Below, in pieces: positions 25,721 to 34,300 of a stretch of DNA of 64,000 bases. Each line of letters opens with the position of its first letter. Position 1 is the first letter of the stretch. The position numbers and the translations under genes are program-made. The stretch spans positions 1,426,001 to 1,490,000 of the forward strand of contig CM068778.1 of the NCBI GenBank assembly GCA_035084275.1. The letters are read 5' to 3'. This DNA comes from Hydrolagus colliei (lineage: Eukaryota). The notes under the pieces were generated by a model, which had not been told where the DNA came from, ran no database searches, and saw only the letters and a program-made list of their open reading frames with translations.

Positions 25721-26328
25721 ATGTCCTTCCTCACTGTCTCTCTGATCCCCATCCTCTGGCCCTGTGAGTATCTCTCAACATCTCCCAATATCTCCCCAGG
25801 TTCCCAAATACACTAGGATTTCGTATGTGTCTCTGTTTCTCAATCACGATCTTTGTCTCTTTCTCTATCTGCATACGTGTGTGTGTGAGACTGTGTGTCT
25901 CGCTCCCAGTGTCCACCCCACAGATACAATCACCACGGTTGTTTGGCAGTTATTTTGCTGCCTTCTTGGCCCACAACACACACAGTCACTACACTTTTGT
26001 TTTAACGCTCACGTTCTCTCTCAGGCTGGGTGATGGCCGAGCTGATCTATCAGTGGCCTCCGAGGCTGGTGGTCAGGGAGGGAGACCCTGTGACGTTGGG
26101 TTGCCACCAAAATGGCAGCAGTAAACAGACAATGCTCTGGTACCAGCAGAGAGATGGAGAGGGCCTGAGGCTGATCGGATATGTCTACCATCCAAACTCA
26201 CCAACTATGGAGAAGGACCAGTCGGGTCAATTTGAGATCGTATCACAAAGTAAGGCTACCTCCCAGCTGAACATCTCAATGGTGAGATCACCTCAGGAGG
26301 GGGTCTATTACTGTGCAGCCAAGATGAG
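25721..26328 (+). CDS. TRBV: Inverted TCR beta V segment 3' of C (divergent subgroup)
   Basis: Leader 25721-25763 (T|GTGAGT), V exon 26025-26328 (CHQNGSS...WYQQ...YYCAAKMS). Perfect CACAGTG 26329-26335, 23-nt spacer, ACATAAACC 26359-26367. Confidence 0.93.
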
Positions 26329-26479
26329 CACAGTGAGAGAGATTGACTGAAAGCTCACACATAAACCTCTCTTCTCACATATCCTGCCGTCAACTCCCCT
26401 TCCCCCCCAACCCACTCTCCCCACCCCCCACCCCCCTCCCCCCCCCCACCCGCCAACACCTGTGCTCTCTTAACATATA

Positions 26480-26680
26480 ATAATAATAATCATCCTTGCA
26501 TTTGATACAACCCTTTTCATGTCTTCCAGACATCTTCACAGAATGTACTGTCAAGTGAATTGACTGTATCTTTGTGGGCAAAACGCGGCAGCCAATTGCG
26601 CACGGCAGCGTCCCCCACAAACAGTCGTGGATTAAAAATAACAACTTTTATTATTGTGGGGGGGGGGGGGGGGGGGGTTT
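26480..26680 (-). mobile_element. Deu-domain SINE fragment
   Basis: AAACGCGGCAGCCAATTGCGCAC...CCCCACAAACAG core plus L2-like tail. Similar fragments at about 25330-25460, 30212-30344, 31340-31432, 31655-31840, 36090-36300, 39010-39170 and 58540-58775. Confidence 0.7.
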
Positions 26681-26954
26681 ATGGAGGAATTATGAAAAAA
26701 AAGTGGAGTAACCTAGGAGAGAGAAAGAGAGAGAGAGTAAGAGACGGTGGGAAAAAGGTTCAGGGAGAAGGAATGGGTCATCCAACTCGACAACAGAAGG
26801 CAGATATCTCACTGAGCAGAAGGGAGCGGGATGGGGAAGGGCGGGGAGTTTGGGGGGGGGGGGCATTGGGGAGGAGACACCAGCTTTGACCTAGTTTAGA
26901 GAGCACAGAGTACAACTGATGTTTGAGGTCGACTAAACTAGCAGCAAACTCTCT

Positions 26955-27060
26955 GCCCACGTGAGCTGTGTGTGGTTTGTGTGCAATGTGGCTATGACTG
27001 ATGACATCCTGTTATTGTGTGGCGCTGCGCGGTGCGTCTCTGTGGGTGAGCAGGTGTCAG
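26955..27060. promoter_or_regulatory. Candidate TCR beta 3' enhancer (E-beta-like)
   Basis: CACGTG 26958, TGTGGTTT 26971, TGTGGC 26987, TGATGACA 26999, CATCCTG (ETS-like) 27005, CAGGTG 27051, all within about 100 bp between C and the inverted V. Confidence 0.5.
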
Positions 27061-28614
27061 GCTGGTATCTAGGTCTCCTGGCTCAGGTCTCGGGGTTTCA
27101 GTTCGAGCTCCATGTTATGGGATTTCGGGGTCACAGTCAAGCCTGTTTCTTGCTTTAATCCATCTCCCCATCTACCAATCTGGCTGTGTTGGTCACTCAC
27201 TGTGCCTCTCCCTGTATCTATCTTCTGTTGCCTTTCTCTTTGTGTCTGTCTGCCTCGCGTCTCTCTGTTCCCTTCTCTGTCTTTCTCTATATTTTTCCCT
27301 CTCTATCTTTCTTTATAAATCTCTCTCTCTCTCTCTCTCCCTCCATATAGCGCGACTTCACTTTTGCCCTGTGTGTTTGTCTGTCTGCCTGGCATCATGC
27401 CTGCCTGCTGTCCAGCCTGCCTGCCTCTCTCTTTCTCCTTCACTCTGTCTCAATCTTTAGCTTACTGTATCAGTCGGAGTTTCTAGGTTTTTATCTCAGT
27501 CTCTTCTGTCTCTGTCTCTGTCTGACACACAGACAGAGAGGACAGTAAGTGCAGTATTGGGTTAGGGGTGGATTGAGGATGGATGGGGGAGAGGGAGGGA
27601 GGGAGGGATAGGTTTTTCGTATTAAAAACAAGCACAAAATGCAGACGTTTCCAAAGCTGAACCTCAGCACATCCTCGTGCTCTAATTCTGTCTCCCACGC
27701 ACTGATGCTCGTTCTGTAACATCAGCAGTCTTGGGGATTTGAGTCATAATATTTCCAAGTGTCTTGACGGAGAGCGGTGTGACACAGACAGCAGAGAGTA
27801 AGAGACAAACAAACTCACATACGCACGCAGACAAGAGCCTGCTCAATCTGAGACAAGTACAGAGATTATTATTATATTATTATTATTATAAGAGCCTTCC
27901 TCAGGCCGGCATTTTGACAGGATCCAGACAGCCATTTTCAGACCCACGGTCAAAACAATGAGAGAGAAAAAAATGATTGAGAATTAAATGTGAATAAAAA
28001 TCCAAATTTAGTACACGAAGGAGTTACATCACTACATGAAAGTACTTACTCTGTGCAAGTCAGTAAATTGTGTTACAGTACACCGAAATTTGTCAGGTAA
28101 TAGAGGTCATTCCACACCCATACATTGGAACTCTCAAATCTAACTCCATTCCCCCCTCTTTCTCCTCCATCTTATCCATACTCAAGCTCAATGCTCCATA
28201 TTTAATTTCTCCAACACCATTCCCTGCTCTCACTCTCTCTCTCTCTCTCCCAAGCCCCCACTCCCCCTCCACCCTCCCCCCCACCCTCTCTCCATTGTGT
28301 CTATACTGGTTTCTCCCGTGACACTGAAGCTCTCCACTCTAACCCCAAACCCCCACCTTCTCTCTCTCTCTCTCTCTCTCCATCATGTCCATTCTGGTGC
28401 TCATTCCGCCCCAAACTGAAGTTATCTACTCTAATTTAAACCCCTGTCTCTCTTTCTCACTCTCACCCCCCCCCCCCCCCCCCCCATGTACATGTCGGTG
28501 CTCGCTGCCCTACTCAAGCGTTCTCTGTTCTACCCCATCTCCAGCCAAGAAACTAATTAATTTGCAAGCAGTTTAGATTCGATGATCTCTCTGTGTCTCT
28601 TCACGGTTTCAGAG

Positions 28615-28641
28615 TCAGTCAAGTTGCTTGCTGGAAAGATA
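28615..28641 (-). CDS. TRBC: TRBC exon 5 (cytoplasmic tail YLSSKQLD*)
   Basis: Long polypyrimidine tract then TTAG acceptor, phase 0, TGA at 28615-28617. Confidence 0.85.
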   Translation of the reverse strand, partial: YLSSKQLD

Positions 28642-31306
28642 CTAAGGGGGGAAAAAAAAACAGGAAAATCTAATTTAGTTTTCATGTCATAGAACAACTC
28701 GCGCTCACACAGTACCACTCAAACCACCCTCACATCTCAGAGCTCCACAGCAACTAACACTTATTCAATTCAATAAAATCATTCAATATTTACCTTGCTT
28801 TTCCAGCCAATGAAGGATATCATAACGCCATAGACAACACTTTTACAGACCAGGATTAGATAAGACAATTTTCCGGTCACCATTCTCTCCTGTATTTCAT
28901 CTAAGAAGCAAAATAAATTTCTAAGTTAATGGATGTGTCCTCTGACTCTTTAACTCTCTCTGGATTCTCACATAACTTACTGTACACTATACAAAGCAAA
29001 TTTCTTGTTGTTGTGGATTAGCCTGTGATTTCACTCCATATTTCTCCATCCATCTCCCTCTCCCACCCCAATGTCTATTTACCTCCTTTACCTCAGTCCA
29101 TTTGCATATCGCCCAAGTCTCTACCTAACTTCTACACAAATAGAATTAGTTGCTGTTTATTCGTTGCTCTCCCACATCAATCCATCCCCTGACTCCTTGA
29201 GTCTCTCTACCCATCTCATGTTCTTACCTCAATCCCTTCTCCTAGGTACCTGCAGCAACAACAACTTACACTTATATAGCATGCTCCACAATCTGAGGAA
29301 GGGGGAGGTTTTAGGTGGCATTTGAAAAGGGGGAGAGAGGTTGCAACGCAGAGGGATTGAGAGAGAGTGTTCCAGAGTTTACGGATTTCCTATGCGAAGG
29401 TGCCCGTCGAGCAGTGGTGGTTTGGGGGAATGAGGAGGTCAGGAAGCCAGGGAGATGTCAGGGACTGAGTGGAGTGAGTTACTGTATTTACAACACCACC
29501 AAAATTACATTTCTGGAGCGCCTTTTACGTTGGGAGGACGTCCCAAGGCCGTGAATGGCCTTGAAGCCGAGGACGAGGATCTCGAATTGGACCCTCTGGG
29601 TGACGGGGAGCCAGTGGAGACGGGCGAGGGTGGGAGTGATGTGGTCACGGAGCCCGATGTGGGAGCGAACACGAGCTGCAGAGTTCTGAATGGTCTGCAG
29701 GCCAGTGATGGGAGTGGCTGGGGAGGAGGCAAGGGAGGGAGCAAGGCGAAGGGATTGTGTGATGGAGTTCCAGAGGATGGGGGCAATGAGGCTGAAAGCC
29801 CGGCTGCTGATCTAGAATATATATCCAGTCTTTCTCGCTCACCTTTTGTCATCGACTTACAGAATTCTAGAGGGGAAATAAAGAGGAAAATGTTACTATG
29901 TTTTTCTGCATCACCTCAGACCCGAGTAGCTTTCAAATTAATNNNNNNNNNNNNNNNNNNNNNNNNNNNNNNNNNNNNNNNNNNNNNNNNNNNNNNNNNN
30001 NNNNNNNNNNNNNNNNNNNNNNNNNNNNNNNNNNNNNNNNNNNNNNNNNNNNNNNNNNNNNNNNNNNNNNNNNNNNNNNNNNNNNNNNNNNNNNNNNNNN
30101 NNNNNNNNNNNNNNNNNNNNNNNNNNNNNNNNNNNNNNNNNNNNNNNNNNNNNNNNNNNNNNNNNNNNNNNNNNNNNNNNNNNNNNNNNNNNNNNNNNNN
30201 NNNNNNNNNNNTGGACGTCTCAAAGCGCTTCACTGAATATACCGTAAAGTGAATTGACTGTATGTATGGGGGCAAAACGCGCCAGCCAATTGCGAACAGC
30301 AGCATTCTCCCCCCACCCCCCCACAAACAGTCGTGGATTGAAATAGATTCAGAGATTCATAGAATTTTACGGCACAAAAGGAGGCCATTCGGCCCATCTA
30401 GTCTGTGCCGGCTCTTTGAAAAGAGCGATTCAATCCCACTGCCCTGCCCGCTCCCCATAGCCTAATAGACCCGTTCTCCCTAAATAAAGATCTAATTCCC
30501 TTTTAAAAGTTATTATCGAATCAGCCTCCACCACCTTTTCAGGCAATGCATTCCAGATTCGAACAACTCGCTGAGTGAAAAAAATTCTCCTCAGCTCCCC
30601 TCTACTGCGCCTTGAAACTATTTTAAATCTGTGACCACGAGTCACAGATTCGCCCACGAGTGGAAATGACGAATTTATTATTGTACTATTTTTTTGAAGG
30701 ATTATAATTAGGCCTGTGGAGTAAGGAAACTTGCACAATGTTGTGCTCTGCTAGGAAATGAACCCAGCCATGGGATAGAGACTTCTCTGATCACAGATGT
30801 TAAATTTGTGTGGATCAGATGCCTGGTTGATCTTGACGATGGATTTCTCTGTGGGTCAGACAATGATGCAAACATATCTATATATCTATGTACCGGTATG
30901 TAGATATATATATATTTACCTCCTTTTGGTTCCACCTTCTTCACAAATGTCTCTTTCTTAGTTCCGTACTTGATGTGGGTGACATGACAAGTTATACCCT
31001 TGGCTGATACGAAGTCGGCAGCAGGGAGACGCAGGCGACTGCTCACAGAATACAGGGATCCTGACTTTGTGGATTTCGAATCGGTCTGAACTCTGCCGCT
31101 GTCTTCATTATTAACCTGTCAAAATGGTCCACATTAGGAAATGTCTCCGACCAGTTGCAGGGTTAGGAGGAGACCATTACTCCAACGCCACAACAGTTCA
31201 TGTTGTCCCCTCACTCTGTCTCTGGTGTTTCTGTCTCCAAATCCCTGACCAATTGCACGGCTGACCACAGCTCTATCTCACTCTCTGGTGCCTGACTTGC
31301 GATGAA

Positions 31307-31337
<31 letters not shown>

Positions 31338-34300
31338 AACTTACATTATATAGTGGAGAATTGACTGTATATTTGTGGGTGAAACGCGGCAGCCAAATTG
31401 CGCACAGCAGTGTCCCCCACAAACAGTCACGGAAATGGGGCCGGGGGAGAAAGGGGGAAAAGAGGGTAAGGGGGGAGAGGGAGGGAAAGGTGGGGTGGGA
31501 TAAGGTCAGGGAGGAAGATGGGGGGGGAGAAATCCCATCGATTCCACCCAAAATCAGCGGGTGATTTTGGGTGGAATCGATTTCAGCTCCGAGCTGTCGG
31601 CCACCATCCGGCAGCCTTGCAGAGGTCTCTAGCACCTGCCGCAACTATTAATAATATTAATAAATAATAATAATGTTTGCATTCGGTATGACACATCGTT
31701 GGGATCTCTCAAAGCGCTTTGTAGAACACGTTGCAAATCGGAGTGTCTGCATTTTGTTGGTGAATCACGGCAGCAAGTTGTGCATAATAATGTCTCCCCG
31801 AACACTCGTGGAATTATTTATTTCGGAAGGGAATATTAAACCTCCCATCCCCCCTGTTGGAATGTAGCAGTTTTGTGTGTGACTCTGTAACAACACGTTT
31901 GTGTTTATCTGGCAGTTTAGACTGATTTAGACCAGATAACTATGTATTGTAGAAATATAACAAGTGTGTGTGACCATTGGATCAGATAACTTTGTAGTGT
32001 AGAAAGATAACAAGTGTGTGTGACCATTGGATCAGATAACTTTGTAGTGTAGAAAGATAACAAGTGTGTGTGACCATTGGATCAGATACCTTTGTAGTGT
32101 AGAAAGATAACAAAGTGTGTGTGACCATTGGATAACGCTCCTAATATGGGCATGTTGGTTGGGCAATACTGTCTTAACTGATTGGGTCCTGTAGGACAAA
32201 GAAAGCAAACTGAGTATATATGTGTTGAATCCTCCCAAGATTCAACGGTTCGAACTAACAAGTAACTATTCGAATCACAAGAGGAGTGCCTGTACTATAA
32301 CTGGGATGTAGTACTGAATAAAAAGATCATAAAACTCTGTGATGACTGAAGATCGTTTCTTTGAGAAAACTCCCATTTCTTCTGAATCTAACATTTGGCG
32401 TAGTCGGCAGGATCACAGAAGGTAACAAGGACAGACATTGAACACGGATTGCCTAAGGTGAATCGGTAAAGGTGTACGGCTCGATTGATAAGGGCGGAAC
32501 ACGGTCTACCTCAGTTGAATCGGTAAAGGTGTACGACTTGGTTAACAAGGGCGGAACACGGGCTACCCCAGATAAAGTTACGGAATCTTTGTTAAAATTC
32601 CTCGGCACGTGTGGAGCTGTTTGAACCTTCTCGTGATTCTTAAAGAAAGAACCGGATTTGCAGAAGACAAGAAAACAAAGTGCGGTCAGGCGTAATCTCG
32701 ACGTAAGAAATATCTCTTTTGTTTGAGTTTGGATCCTTAGGAGACGTTATACAAGCGGGTTTTAGGTTTTAGAAAATTACCAAGTTTGAGAAGCCCATTC
32801 AGATCCTCGGGGTGTAATCCTCTATCGGCGTTGAAATTGCCTACGGCCTCAAGAAAAATTGGTAAAAATGGTAGAAAAAAAAAGTGAAAAAAACACTTTA
32901 CACAGAGGGCAGGCACCTCCGGACGTGTCTGAAACCGAAATGTTGAGCGAACTAACACAAATCTTCCAGAAAAATATGAACTTACTTAAGCTCCAGCAGA
33001 CTTTGGAAAATAAATATAACATGGGAACAGGACAGTGGTCTTTACCCAATATACAAAAATTATGGGGAAAAACTACCCGCTCAAAGGGGAACGACCAGAC
33101 AAGGTTGGCGATGATTGTCATGAGTCAGCTACGACAACGGAGTGAAATTATGCGTAATACCCAGTACGATACAGATATGAAGAAAGCAAAGGAACAATTA
33201 AATGCAATGGCAGAACAATTGAGTAAAAAGCAAGCTGAAATTGAAAAGCTTAAAACTGAACTGTTTAAGCAAAAGGAGAAGGGCGTAAAAATATCGAGCG
33301 CTCCATCGGTACCGTATCAATCAGTATATCCATATTTAAATGTGTTACATGCATCTATTCCATCTTTACCTCCTGAGTATGCCAGTGGTTATGAGTGTGA
33401 TCCTTGGGACCCGTCGACTTGTCTACCGGACCCTTGGGGGGGAGATGATAACCGTCCACCGCAATTGAGACCTATGGTCACCCGATATCGTGCCCGGCGC
33501 GGACAGGGACCAGCAGGTCCGCCGGCAGCACGACCCGAAGAAGAGGCGAACGTCGGTCCGGTGGGCGGGGCTCAGGCATTCGGAGCTGTTTGGGTACCTT
33601 TTCATGAACACCAACCTGCCGATCCGGACAGAATCGACAAATGGTCAAAAGCATTGCCAGACCCAAAGAAAGGGTCATTGAAAACATGGGAAGAGCTTAA
33701 CCGAATACGTACCATCTATCGGCTGCATCCTCAAGATGGTGTGCAAGTTTTGTCAGTAATGGCAACCGGTCGAAACACCCAAGAATTGCAACAACAAGTT
33801 TATACCGCATTGGGCGAAAATGGAAATAATTTGAACGCTGGATGGGGAGCGATCAGACAATGGCTGAGAAATCAAGGTCCGGCCCGGGTGGACTGGAAGA
33901 AAATATCAGGCTGTACCCAAGAACCGACCGAAACGGTTGCTCAGTTTGATGAGCGCTTCAGGGCTGTGTGGATTGAACATTCGGGACTGGCTAACGACAT
34001 GCAAAATGCAGACTTAGATGCTAACGAGGAGGGTCCTTTGAAACCAGCTTTCATGGCCGGACTCAAAGGGGAAATATCAAAATTGGTAAAATTAACGTTG
34101 CCCCTGTGGGAAGAACAAGGAGTAACGTTCGGTCAGTTGGTTGCACGCTGTATCCAAGTCGATAGGGACCAAGGGGTACAACTACGAGCATTTCAACGAG
34201 GAGAGAGAACTTCAGCGGGACAGTCATCCTTTGGACATAAACCTGGCAAATGCCGCAGATGTGGTAAAGAAGGTCACTGGGCTAAAACGTGCCGTGTTCG

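Noticed and set aside
27480-28615. TRBC polyadenylation signal
   Set aside because: No clear AATAAA on the minus strand; only a possible ATTAAA near 28201, too weak to call.
29455-30252. 265-aa ORF
   Set aside because: It is the antisense of a decayed L2 and is extended artificially through the N gap.
31930-32135. CRISPR-like regular repeats
   Set aside because: These are contiguous 50-bp LTR U3 tandem repeats with no unique spacers, in a vertebrate genome.
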